DNA of 64,000 nucleotides from a virus (Duplodnaviria > Caudoviricetes). The notes beneath the pieces were generated by a model that saw only the letters and a program-made list of their open reading frames with translations, searched no databases and was not told the origin of the DNA. The position numbers and the translations under genes were made by a program. The stretch covers positions 128,831 through 192,830 of IMG/VR virus record IMGVR_UViG_3300034157_000065. One strand, 5' to 3'. This document shows positions 48,811 through 58,574 of the stretch, piece by piece. Within the stretch, counting starts at the first letter, position 1, and every line of letters begins with the position of its first letter.

Positions 48811-49629
48811 ATGTTAGAACGCATATTTAAAGCAAAAGATGATTTCGATAAGGCCACTCTGTTAAAAGTTTCTGTTGATGATTATAAACCTAAGATCACT
48901 TTCTTTACAGGATCTGGCATTTCTCAGGAGAGCGGTTTAGAAACATTCAGGGCGGATGATGGATTGTGGAGTAATCATCGTGTGGATGAAGTTGCAACGG
49001 CTCACGCTCTGCAAAAAGACTTTAAAAAGGTTAACAACTTTTTTAATGATAGACGTAAAGAAGTCATGGCCGCTCAACCTAATCGTTCTCATGAGATATT
49101 GAAAGAACTTGAAAAGTATTTCCATGTCGTTGTTGTCACTCAGAACGTTGATGACTTGCATGAGCGTGCTGGCAGTTCGTCTATTTATCATTTGCATGGA
49201 GAAATCATGCGTTCAAGACCAGTTGGCAATGCCAAAGTATTCTATGACCAAAAGAAAGACATTAAACTGGGTGATAAGTGTATGTTGACCAAGGCTCAAA
49301 TTAGACCGCATATTGTTTTGTTTGATGAAATGTTAGATGACAGTATTCTGTCTGACGCCAGAAGGCATATTAGAGAGTCTGATGTGTTTGTCGTGGTCGG
49401 TAGCAGTCTTCAAGTTGAACCCGCCGCTTCATTGGTGGTAGAAGGCTTTGGTCTGCGAGATTTTATATTGGTTGACCCAAGCACCGTCTTTATGAAATAC
49501 AATGCTAATTATGTTCATGTGAAAGAAAAAGCGTCTGTTGGTTTGGAAATGATGTTACCTCAGTTGATTATTAAGGCTGACCAGTTGCAAACTCAGTTTA
49601 AAGAAAACAAAGAAAGATTGAAAGCATAG
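48811..49629 (+). CDS. cobB: Sir2-family NAD-dependent protein deacylase (CobB-like)
   Basis: TGSGISQESGLETFR, TQNVDDLHERAG, HLHG, RPHIVLFDE, VGSSLQVEPAA. Confidence 0.9.
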   Translation: MLERIFKAKDDFDKATLLKVSVDDYKPKITFFTGSGISQESGLETFRADDGLWSNHRVDEVATAHALQKDFKKVNNFFNDRRKEVMAAQPNRSHEILKELEKYFHVVVVTQNVDDLHERAGSSSIYHLHGEIMRSRPVGNAKVFYDQKKDIKLGDKCMLTKAQIRPHIVLFDEMLDDSILSDARRHIRESDVFVVVGSSLQVEPAASLVVEGFGLRDFILVDPSTVFMKYNANYVHVKEKASVGLEMMLPQLIIKADQLQTQFKENKERLKA

Positions 49630-49683
49630 TGCATTATGTGCTATACTTGCGGTTATCTATATTGATTCCTTGAAGGATTTAAA

Positions 49684-50463
49684 ATGACAAGCATTTATGA
49701 AAAACTTTTAACCTTACATAATAATGAAGCTCTCGATGACACATCGAATGCCTTTGTTGTTTCAAATTTAATAGGGTTATTGAAAGCTTCATGTGGCATT
49801 GATTTGTCGGAGCAAGCAGATCCTTTTGTTTATAGCGATTTCAGTGTTATGAATGATGGTTATTTTGAATTATCTTATAATTTCAAATATGGCATTGCTT
49901 ATCTATCCACAATTCCAGTAGAACATAACTTAAAGGTGTCGTTTTCTTTTTCTAATGAGATTCAAGAGACTTTATATAAGAATACTGTTTGTTATTTAGA
50001 TGTCGATTATAATATGACATTCGAAAAATCATTATTGAACAGGGTTTTTGAATTCTCAAAAACAATACTTAATCAATCTAAACTAAGCTCTGACTGGTCT
50101 GTGTTACTTGTAAATACCACCGTTAATAGCGACTTAACCACTGTTAACCATTTTTCATATCAAAACAATGCTTCCTATTCGAACTCATCAGATGATATAG
50201 AAGACTTAATGAATCATGGATTACCGGCTTGTTATATGAATTATGTTAAAGAGTTTGATGAACTATTCTTTACTTTTTTAAAATTTCAATCAACTAAACC
50301 ACACGTATTTTATGAAGTATTCCCAGAATATCCAAGTTATCTTGATATTATATCGTCCATTGACTATCTCATTAAAAATTTAGAAATGTTCTCTCAACAA
50401 TACAGTGATGATAAGATATTCCTTAAAAGTAAAATAGCATTAATTGAAATGAGGCTTATTTAA
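49684..50463 (+). CDS. Paralog family B, member 12
   Basis: FPEYPSY; ends SKIALIEMRLI. Confidence 0.85.
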   Translation: MTSIYEKLLTLHNNEALDDTSNAFVVSNLIGLLKASCGIDLSEQADPFVYSDFSVMNDGYFELSYNFKYGIAYLSTIPVEHNLKVSFSFSNEIQETLYKNTVCYLDVDYNMTFEKSLLNRVFEFSKTILNQSKLSSDWSVLLVNTTVNSDLTTVNHFSYQNNASYSNSSDDIEDLMNHGLPACYMNYVKEFDELFFTFLKFQSTKPHVFYEVFPEYPSYLDIISSIDYLIKNLEMFSQQYSDDKIFLKSKIALIEMRLI

Positions 50464-50464
50464 C

Positions 50465-51274
50465 ATGGTTACTATTTATGAAGAGTTTCTTAAAAGAAAA
50501 TCAACCAAAAGATTAGGTAAAGAATTGACTTCAATTATGAATGAGAAGTTAACTCAACTTTTAAAGGATACCTGTAACATTGATTTAAGCGGAACAGATA
50601 GCCCCTTTTCACAGTGGCACTTTATTGATTTACATGATCTTCATCCACACCCTAGATTTACCGTTTTTAATGATGGTGTCATGGATGTTAATTTTCATTT
50701 CAAAAATGGTTCGGCTACGATTATGCTCTATCCTAAAAGAAAAGTGTTAACGGTTGCTTTTCATTTTAATAAGCTCGGTTGTGATTTAATGTTTCCCTAT
50801 GATTCAAAATCCTGTTTTGTTACTGTCGATCATGACATGAACTTTATAGAAGCCCAGTTTAGAATAAATTTTTGTTTATTTAAATCAACTATAGATAAAA
50901 CCGATTCTAGTCGAACATCCAGTATGGTGTCTATTCAAGTTAATCATGACAACCAAGGAGATGTTAAAACACAGTTTATTTATGGCAATAATTTATATGC
51001 TACTTTGTTAAAATACCTTTCTGTACATGGATTAAGTCCAGCATTCTTTAACTCAGATGAGTCGTTTAATCTTATTCTTTCTAGATTTATGAAAGTAAAT
51101 ACTGAACACCCTGATATGTTTTACGATGAGTTTAAAGAGTACATCAGTTATCAAGAACTCATGAGTTCGGTTAATTCAATGGTTTATTTTTTAAATATGT
51201 TTGCTGAGCAATATAATAATGATTTATATTTATTAACGTCACGATTGATGTTAATTGAAATGAGGAATATTTAA
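50465..51274 (+). CDS. Paralog family B, member 13
   Basis: VDHDMNFIEAQF; ends SRLMLIEMRNI. Confidence 0.85.
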   Translation: MVTIYEEFLKRKSTKRLGKELTSIMNEKLTQLLKDTCNIDLSGTDSPFSQWHFIDLHDLHPHPRFTVFNDGVMDVNFHFKNGSATIMLYPKRKVLTVAFHFNKLGCDLMFPYDSKSCFVTVDHDMNFIEAQFRINFCLFKSTIDKTDSSRTSSMVSIQVNHDNQGDVKTQFIYGNNLYATLLKYLSVHGLSPAFFNSDESFNLILSRFMKVNTEHPDMFYDEFKEYISYQELMSSVNSMVYFLNMFAEQYNNDLYLLTSRLMLIEMRNI

Positions 51275-52017
51275 TGAACACCATTCATGATTCATTGATG
51301 AAATTACAATACTTGGATAACCTTGATATTGGTTCATTATTTTATCCAAAATTTATTTTTTTACTCAAACAAGTATTTGACATTGATTTGACTAATGAAA
51401 CCAATCCATTTCAGGAAGTTTCTCAAATGATTGGTGATAATATTGATATTTGCTATCTATTTAAATATGGCAGCATTCTTGTATCCACTCACAAAGAAAA
51501 CACTGATATTAATGTATATGTCACTATTACTGATAGTAGTCTTAGTGATAAAATGCCCTACAAATCTACATCTTGCAGTTTAAAACTTGATCATAACATG
51601 AATTTTATACAGGCATCCTTTGATATTAGTCTGGAATTTACACGCTCATACAATAATGAGTATAGTCTACTACAAATCAAGACTGTATTAAATCAATCAT
51701 CGCGTATTGTTAAAACATTTACTTATTCGAACAAAACAATGTATTCAGTTTCAAAAGATTTGAGATCTTTTGGACTTAGTTCCAACTTTTTTACAGTCAA
51801 TAAAGAATTTGATGATTGCTTAATCAACTTCTTAACGTGCTGTTCAGAGACACCAAAACAATTCTATGATGAATTTCCAGAATATCCTAACTATGATAAG
51901 TTGATATCAACGGTGGAAGGCACTGTACAATTATTGTCTATCTTTAACAAACAATATACAGATGACAAGGATTTATTGAAATCACGATTGTTATTGACTG
52001 CCATGTGTTTGATTTGA
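51274..52017 (+). CDS. Paralog family B, member 14
   Basis: LDHNMNFIQASF, FPEYPNY; ends SRLLLTAMCLI. Confidence 0.85.
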   Translation: MNTIHDSLMKLQYLDNLDIGSLFYPKFIFLLKQVFDIDLTNETNPFQEVSQMIGDNIDICYLFKYGSILVSTHKENTDINVYVTITDSSLSDKMPYKSTSCSLKLDHNMNFIQASFDISLEFTRSYNNEYSLLQIKTVLNQSSRIVKTFTYSNKTMYSVSKDLRSFGLSSNFFTVNKEFDDCLINFLTCCSETPKQFYDEFPEYPNYDKLISTVEGTVQLLSIFNKQYTDDKDLLKSRLLLTAMCLI

Positions 52018-52094
52018 TGTTGACTTCTATTTGTTTCCATCTAATATTATAATTACATATTTTTTATCAGGTAGAAAACAATATAAAAAATACA

Positions 52095-52125
52095 AAACCC
52101 CTTCCGTCAGGGCGGGGTAGTTCAT
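52095..52125 (+). mobile_element. Isolated IS200/IS605-family right-end-like hairpin remnant
   Basis: AAACCCCTTCCGTCAGGGCGGGGTAGTTCA, a GC-rich hairpin in AT-rich DNA resembling IS605/tnpB element ends; no transposase nearby. Confidence 0.5.
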
Positions 52126-52139
52126 AAAGAGTAAATTGA

Positions 52140-52586
52140 ATGAAACTTATTGATATTATGAGAAGCAACGAATATAAAAAAATATTAACTACATCATTTG
52201 ATATGGGTGATCAAATTACATTCACAGATGATTTTCCACCTGATTATTTTGAAATATTAAGAACGCTTGTTGATACCGATACTATTTATGATAATGCATT
52301 CACCTCAATAAAAATAGCTCAAAATGCTGAATTTTGTTTTGTTCTTGAAGACAGATACATTGGTGTTTTTCAGAATAAGTACATTATTTCTTTTAATAAA
52401 GGCCCAGCAGGATTTGATTTTATTGGCGATAACATTTCGAACTGGATCGATCATTTTTGGCATTCATCTGTTGATGATAATGTAGATTTTAAATTGAAAT
52501 GCTATCAACAATTTAATACACCTATTACTAAATATGATGAATGGGATACTTCTTATGTGCCATTAATTGAGGCTCTTTTTAAATAG
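52140..52586 (+). CDS. Hypothetical protein (ends YVPLIEALFK)
   Basis: 148-aa ORF. Confidence 0.7.
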   Translation: MKLIDIMRSNEYKKILTTSFDMGDQITFTDDFPPDYFEILRTLVDTDTIYDNAFTSIKIAQNAEFCFVLEDRYIGVFQNKYIISFNKGPAGFDFIGDNISNWIDHFWHSSVDDNVDFKLKCYQQFNTPITKYDEWDTSYVPLIEALFK

Positions 52587-52648
52587 TTAATAGTTTTGAC
52601 ATTTCGGTGATAATTTGATAGAATCCTTAGATTATTAAGGAGTCTACC

Positions 52649-53752
52649 TTGTTTAATTTCTTCAAAAAATTCCGACAAAAAAATAAACTACGTGGTTTCT
52701 CGTGTGGAGCCATCTCTGTTAATGTGTCGCAAGTTGAAATTGAATTTGGTAGAAATATTACCTATACCTGTTCTTTTTTTGATTACATCATTTCTTTTGA
52801 CTACAATGATTATAAGGGTGTCATTAATCAATTAGGTGTGAGCACCATCTCTTACAAAAACACCGTTATCTGCAAAGAGCACCACAATTTAACAATCAGT
52901 GGCTTAACACCAGAAGATTATTTAAAAAAGTATTTTCAAAAAGCAATTGATTATTCTCAGCAATTAGACGTAAATCATTTGAATATCGTTTTGCCATTTT
53001 TTGAAACCAAAGCCTTTAATTATACTAAAAGTCTTGAAATAGGATTAGAATATTCTTATCCACATGGATGTATTTACAATGTAGCCTTAATGCAGGAAGA
53101 CGCCACTTATAACGCCTATCTTAATAGCCATTGTAATAAAGGATGGACTAAATTTAATATTGTCACTTATAATGACACTGTATTTGATTGTTTATACACC
53201 AATGAGTTTGGTTATCTTTTAAGACAAAATCAATTACAAATCTCTCAAATCAACACAATATCAATTCAGATTAGTTATCTAATTGATGAGAGTAAACTCA
53301 ATCTGAGCACTTTCGACCGTGGCTCTGATAAAGTTTTCTTTAATGTTGATAAAAAGACCGCTTTATTATACCGAGTCATTGTTTCTCAAAAAGAGTACCA
53401 CGGCTCTCATATGGACGAGGTTGATGAATTGTATAACTACACTTCATTGCATCTATTCTGGGTGGTTGATTTTGAACATAAAACTACTAATCTTAGTATT
53501 TTTGAGTATGCGTATGATGACAATACATTCATTAAAGAACACACTCATTCAATGGAAACTAGGTTTATAGGTGAAATGCTTGATTTAGCTTATTATGAAG
53601 AATTTTTCAATAAAACAGTTGATAAGTTAATTCACTGTTATTATCCTAGTAGAAAGCTTATTGAACTTTTGGATAGTGCAATAGATCTCGATGGTTTTGA
53701 TGGTACGCTGACAGAAGAACAATACCACTTGTTTAAAATGATGACTATTTGA
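52649..53752 (+). CDS. Paralog family C (ends LTEEQYHLFKMMTI)
   Basis: Paralog of 53830..54867 (LHxFWxVxF, ETRFI); AGGAG RBS with TTG start. Confidence 0.8.
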   Translation: MFNFFKKFRQKNKLRGFSCGAISVNVSQVEIEFGRNITYTCSFFDYIISFDYNDYKGVINQLGVSTISYKNTVICKEHHNLTISGLTPEDYLKKYFQKAIDYSQQLDVNHLNIVLPFFETKAFNYTKSLEIGLEYSYPHGCIYNVALMQEDATYNAYLNSHCNKGWTKFNIVTYNDTVFDCLYTNEFGYLLRQNQLQISQINTISIQISYLIDESKLNLSTFDRGSDKVFFNVDKKTALLYRVIVSQKEYHGSHMDEVDELYNYTSLHLFWVVDFEHKTTNLSIFEYAYDDNTFIKEHTHSMETRFIGEMLDLAYYEEFFNKTVDKLIHCYYPSRKLIELLDSAIDLDGFDGTLTEEQYHLFKMMTI

Positions 53753-53829
53753 TAACAATTAACCTATTCAGTTCATTTTGACATTGTTCTTTATTTTGAT
53801 AAGCTTTTTGAATTGATAAGGAGTTTATC

Positions 53830-54867
53830 TTGTTTAATCCATTTAATTTTCTAAAAAAAAATAAGAATACCTCTTTTAAAGTGAATGGTGTTCGTGTTTC
53901 TGTGTTAGTCACGCCTTCTATTTCATGTCAGCATATCAAATACGTTGCTTATTTTGGTGGTTTTGAAATCGTTTTTGAGTATTATGACTACTTGTATATA
54001 ATTAACAAAATAGGCCGTTGTCAGATACTATTAAACAATGTGGTTATTCATCAAGAACCGTATAATATCACCTTATCTAAACTCGACCCTAATAAATATA
54101 TAAAACTTTGTTTTAAAAGACTAATTCACCATGTCAAACAACTAAATTATTTTAAGTTGGCGAAGATTACCCCCATTTTTCAGTGTGATATTTTTAACTA
54201 TATAAGTAGTCTTGCAATCTATAAAATTAATAAATTTAGAAATGTTGATATTTATTATCTATCACTAACTCAGAAAAATGATGTTGAGATTCCATATAGA
54301 CTTCGATATAACGCTAGGGATTTAAATAATATTGAAGTTGTTGCTTTTTCTGGCACACCTTTTTGTCATTTGATGTCTCATGATAACCTTTCTTCTAAAT
54401 TCATTGATGCTAGCAACGCTATTTATGATAATAACCGTATTAGAAACCATCCAGCAAAGTATGCGTCTTTCAAACTTGGAAATAATTTTAAGAACTCTTA
54501 CTATAATCCAACTTTAAATGAAGCTCTTGTTTATTTTATTTTTCAACACTCTTTATGTTATTCCAGTAATAAGATTGTTTTACATTTTTTCTGGCATGTT
54601 TCCTTTTCTAAAAAAAATGTTCAGTTGGTTACATTTATTTTTGATGATGAGAAATTCATGGGTGAATTTAATGAACCTATAGAAACTAGATTTATTGATG
54701 ATGATATTGATCTTGATTATTATAAGAACTTTCTTGAAATTTATATTGAAAAATTATTACTCATTTACTTTCCAACTCAGGCACTGGCTGACTTTCTGAG
54801 TATTCCAGATTTTAATGGTCGATTAACCGAAGACCAATACAGTGTTTTCTCGATGTATAGTATTTAA
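53830..54867 (+). CDS. Paralog family C (ends LTEDQYSVFSMYSI)
   Basis: Paralog of 52649..53752. Confidence 0.8.
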   Translation: MFNPFNFLKKNKNTSFKVNGVRVSVLVTPSISCQHIKYVAYFGGFEIVFEYYDYLYIINKIGRCQILLNNVVIHQEPYNITLSKLDPNKYIKLCFKRLIHHVKQLNYFKLAKITPIFQCDIFNYISSLAIYKINKFRNVDIYYLSLTQKNDVEIPYRLRYNARDLNNIEVVAFSGTPFCHLMSHDNLSSKFIDASNAIYDNNRIRNHPAKYASFKLGNNFKNSYYNPTLNEALVYFIFQHSLCYSSNKIVLHFFWHVSFSKKNVQLVTFIFDDEKFMGEFNEPIETRFIDDDIDLDYYKNFLEIYIEKLLLIYFPTQALADFLSIPDFNGRLTEDQYSVFSMYSI

Positions 54868-54949
54868 AAATTTCTTTAATTTAATTTATTTTTTAATATT
54901 ATATGTTAATATGTACTTAATACTTATTAAAATTAAGGAGTCATAAGTA

Positions 54950-55330
54950 ATGCCTGCAAAACATTTATCGTCCAGCTATTCAATAGAAGTGACCATCCCC
55001 CAGTTTACGGAAGTTGACAATCGTGATAAAGCGGGTGCTCATATTCATGTTCGTTGGTTTGGCCTTAGTACGTTACTTGAAGAGACACTTGATTTTTATA
55101 ATATCCAATACAATATCCATTTTGGTTCCACTATCTTTTTTCATGTGCTGGTTGAAGACCAATCCAACATTGAATTTGCAGAAGAGGTTATTCTTCAATA
55201 TGCCAACAATGTTCCTTTATCTGACATTCTTGAATACATTGACGCAAAAATTGGTGTAAAAGAAAATTGTATCTCTCGCCTCGTTGCTGAAAATGAGTTT
55301 TTGTTTGGTTTGAACGAAACCTTTGATTAA
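54950..55330 (+). CDS. Hypothetical protein
   Basis: AAGGAG RBS. Confidence 0.7.
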   Translation: MPAKHLSSSYSIEVTIPQFTEVDNRDKAGAHIHVRWFGLSTLLEETLDFYNIQYNIHFGSTIFFHVLVEDQSNIEFAEEVILQYANNVPLSDILEYIDAKIGVKENCISRLVAENEFLFGLNETFD

Positions 55331-55346
55331 GCGTATCCAGTAATTC

Positions 55347-55545
55347 TTTACAAAATCCTACGATCTTGCTATAATAGTGGCATGGAACCAACGACCCACA
55401 ATTGGGTGGACAATCGTCTCCTAGGCTGTAACTGCCTGCCGTTCTCAATTTGGTAAAAATTATGTTTCAAAGGCTTTCCCACCTTATGCACTCTAATCAG
55501 TCGCATACAAAAGGTAACGAGAACAACTGACCACACATGCACACT
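55347..55545 (+). promoter_or_regulatory. Promoter plus long structured 5' leader
   Basis: TTTACA-N17-TATAAT followed by ~180 nt of nested hairpins before ATG 55564. Confidence 0.45.
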
Positions 55546-55563
55546 ACTTATTGGAGATCTATT

Positions 55564-55950
55564 ATGTTCTATAACTACGCTCAGTTCAAAAAAGCAACCA
55601 AAATTCTGCTTGAAGAGATGAAAGCTGAAACCTTCAAGCTGTCTGGGTTACGTCTGCGTCTTGTTCAATTGATGGGGTTCAGCACGGTTGAAGCGTATGA
55701 AGCTACGTTTAATCGTGAAGCTCCAAAGACGATTACAGTTATCACTATTGCACCTCAAATGAATGTTTTCAAGAAAGATTTTATGGCTAATGATGAAGGG
55801 CATAAGAAGGCAGAAGCCTATTTTGTTGAAAAGATCCTTGAAATTGAACCAGACATGGATCAAAGTGAGATTGAATGCTTTCTTGATGATGGCTTCTACG
55901 CCAAAGGCCATACGGAATATCAGTTCCATATCGTTCATAACGACGATTAA
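55564..55950 (+). CDS. Hypothetical protein
   Basis: GGAG RBS; terminator after. Confidence 0.7.
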   Translation: MFYNYAQFKKATKILLEEMKAETFKLSGLRLRLVQLMGFSTVEAYEATFNREAPKTITVITIAPQMNVFKKDFMANDEGHKKAEAYFVEKILEIEPDMDQSEIECFLDDGFYAKGHTEYQFHIVHNDD

Positions 55951-56015
55951 TTAACTTCGTCACACAAACGTTTCAAATCAAAAAGAACTGCCTTAAAACA
56001 GTTCTTTTTTTCTTT

Positions 56016-57071
56016 CTAGATAACCATTGCTTCAATGAGTAGTAGTTCATTTCCTTCAAGATCACCTTCTAGCTTAAATCCAAACTCTTCTCTGGTTTCT
56101 TCGCTAACGCATTCTTTGCACAATATATTGAGATACCATGACAAAGCTTCTGGATAGTTCTGTAACACTCTTTTCATTCTGGTATACATTAAGAAGTCGG
56201 ATGTCATCTTATCGTCTTTCATTAATATTATTTTTTGAAAGTTTGAACCACTTCTGATCAGTCTATCAACTGATATGTTTGTCATGTCCGCTTGTGTTAA
56301 GTTTTTGAAAATGACCATATTGTATTCATCATCTTCCATTGACAAAGCTGCCTTGATGTAAAAGAACGATTTATTATTAAAACTCAGCTCAAGAATACAT
56401 TTTTTTTGACGAGAATCATGTTCAACCTCTGTCAACCAACAGGACTTTACAGGAAGAAAACTAATACCAGTATTTTCGAAATTTAGTTGCTCAATATAGG
56501 TTTCTTCTCTTTTGTAGACTGTTGTTCCAATGACTTTAAGATTTTTTGTTTCTAGCGTCACATTTCCTTCATAATTAACAATCTTGTAAACAGATTCTAA
56601 TGATGGATTGAGTTTTATTTCAAAACAACTGTTGTCATATTTATCATCAAAACCACGTATTTTCATTTTTTTGTAAAGATAACTAGCTATTTTGAGCAGT
56701 TCATCTTGGTTATGTTGTTTATATTCTTCAACAATATGATTAAATTTTGGCATTAAATCCAATATACTGTTGTATTGATCGAATACTGTATTCTTTTCTG
56801 ATTCATAGGCTTTTTTATAGACAATAATATTCTCAACAAACAAGGATTGAATAATTTTTTCTCGATTAATAAAGAGGTATTCAACCATTTGGTTCTGGTG
56901 ATTTCTTTTGAACGATTTTAGGTGCCCTATTTTTCTATAGTCGGGACGAACCAGTCCCATTAGGATAAGATCAGGATCTTCGAAAAAATCATGTTCAATC
57001 GTTTCATACCCCAAATCATCAAGGGTTAAAATTTTAGGCTTAGCAAACACCTCGAAAATAAATTGAAGCAT
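56016..57071 (-). CDS. Hypothetical protein (ends LLLIEAMVI)
   Basis: GAGGTG RBS before ATG 57071. Confidence 0.75.
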   Translation of the reverse strand: MLQFIFEVFAKPKILTLDDLGYETIEHDFFEDPDLILMGLVRPDYRKIGHLKSFKRNHQNQMVEYLFINREKIIQSLFVENIIVYKKAYESEKNTVFDQYNSILDLMPKFNHIVEEYKQHNQDELLKIASYLYKKMKIRGFDDKYDNSCFEIKLNPSLESVYKIVNYEGNVTLETKNLKVIGTTVYKREETYIEQLNFENTGISFLPVKSCWLTEVEHDSRQKKCILELSFNNKSFFYIKAALSMEDDEYNMVIFKNLTQADMTNISVDRLIRSGSNFQKIILMKDDKMTSDFLMYTRMKRVLQNYPEALSWYLNILCKECVSEETREEFGFKLEGDLEGNELLLIEAMVI

Positions 57072-57228
57072 GTACACCTCTTGAAAAATTAATGGAAATA
57101 AGTTAACCGAAGTATAGCAAAAATCCGAACTAATATCTATACCCATTGTGTTTTTTTGTTTGTTGACAATCCTTTGTTTTCTTGTAATAATACTGGCTTA
57201 TTCCAAAACAGTCCAAAAGGTAGTCCCT

Positions 57229-57582
57229 ATGATTCTGAATAAATATGAGTTGGCCCAAGCGGGTGATAAGATCTCGTTTCAAGTGCTTGTTAAAATGAAA
57301 GAAAGCTCTAATTATCAGCAAGGAAAGATTTATGATGGCACGGTTATTAAGCGTTACGAATCTGCCACTGATGTAGCCTTTGTTGGTGATGATGGTTCTA
57401 TTGTTGAAATAACAGTTGACCATAAGTATGGTGCCGAAAGTATTGAATTAATTATCAGTGATGAGGATTTTGAAAAACGCAAAGATGAATGGCTTGAAAA
57501 GGCTATTGAAGTCGCTAAAATCAATGCAGAAGAAGCGTTCGCTAAACAAGTTAACTATCTCAAATCTGTTTCGTTCCGATAA
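57229..57582 (+). CDS. Hypothetical protein
   Basis: TTGACA promoter; AAGG RBS. Confidence 0.65.
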   Translation: MILNKYELAQAGDKISFQVLVKMKESSNYQQGKIYDGTVIKRYESATDVAFVGDDGSIVEITVDHKYGAESIELIISDEDFEKRKDEWLEKAIEVAKINAEEAFAKQVNYLKSVSFR

Positions 57583-57657
57583 TTGATATAGTGGTTGACC
57601 TCATTTTGTCATTTTGGTATAATCAAGTTGTCAAAATAATTTAATGAGGTCATCACC

Positions 57658-58032
57658 ATGCCTTCCAAAATTACGGTACATCCTGTTTACAGTAGCAAGA
57701 AAGAAGCCGAAATTGTTAAATTATGCAAATATCATTTTATTGACCGATTGAACTTCTCTGGTGTTCAATATGATGCCATCTCTTTTGTTTCATCTGTCCT
57801 CAACGAAGCCATTAAACGCTTGGATACGAAACAATCCACTGCTGTTGAATTGTCAGACGCTTGCAAACCCAAATCTTTTGACATTTCAACCATTGAAAAA
57901 CATGCCCATGAATTTCTTCACCACTTGCGGGAACGTCAAATCTCTATGATGTTGATTGAATACATCCATAACCTTGTTAATTCGGCTATTGAAGCACTCG
58001 ACAAATGCCTTAGTCATTCAATTAAATCTTGA
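57658..58032 (+). CDS. Hypothetical protein
   Basis: GAGGT RBS; TTGACC/TATAAT promoter. Confidence 0.7.
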   Translation: MPSKITVHPVYSSKKEAEIVKLCKYHFIDRLNFSGVQYDAISFVSSVLNEAIKRLDTKQSTAVELSDACKPKSFDISTIEKHAHEFLHHLRERQISMMLIEYIHNLVNSAIEALDKCLSHSIKS

Positions 58033-58081
58033 ATAAAAACGCTTCATTGTGTATACTCCAATACCTTTGGAGAGTATTTTC

Positions 58082-58498
58082 ATGTCAGGTAAAACTAGGT
58101 TCTACAATAGGCAAGTGGCTGAAAGCTTGTCTATACCTCATAACATCATCAGTATTGGCGAAAATGGCGATGGCTGGAAGCTTAATAGCTGTCATACCAA
58201 CGTTATTCGCTTGCTGTTTGATGATATTCAAGAATACCTTGAAGAAAAATACACTTTATTCGCCGTTGAGCAGGCACAGGCTATTATTAAATGGCTTCAA
58301 GCCATTCCAGATGATTCTCTGGTTATTGTGCATTGCGAGGGTGGTGTAGCCCGCTCAGCCGCTGTGGTTAAGTTCATGATAGATAAGCTAGGTTACGAAT
58401 TTGAACCAGATCGCTATTGTAAAGGTGACTATTCATTGATGAATGTGTTTGTTTATGATCTGCTTGTTAAGCATTATGAAATGAACAAAAATCTTTAA
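58082..58498 (+). CDS. Protein-tyrosine/dual-specificity phosphatase-like
   Basis: VHCEGGVARSAAV (CX5R P-loop); IISI and LFDDI motifs. Confidence 0.8.
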   Translation: MSGKTRFYNRQVAESLSIPHNIISIGENGDGWKLNSCHTNVIRLLFDDIQEYLEEKYTLFAVEQAQAIIKWLQAIPDDSLVIVHCEGGVARSAAVVKFMIDKLGYEFEPDRYCKGDYSLMNVFVYDLLVKHYEMNKNL

Positions 58499-58574
58499 TT
58501 TTGATAGTGATACTATAGACAAAAAGACTGTTTTTTGTTATCATAGTGCCACTACTCACTAAGGATACTAAAAT

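Noticed and set aside
48811-49629. Sir2-based defence system (Thoeris/DSR/Sir2-HerA)
   Set aside because: The sequence is a canonical CobB-type deacylase with no partner defence genes.
40207-52017. Diversity-generating retroelement or shufflon behind the array
   Set aside because: No reverse transcriptase, recombinase, TR/VR pair or inverted sites in the window; divergence is spread across whole genes.
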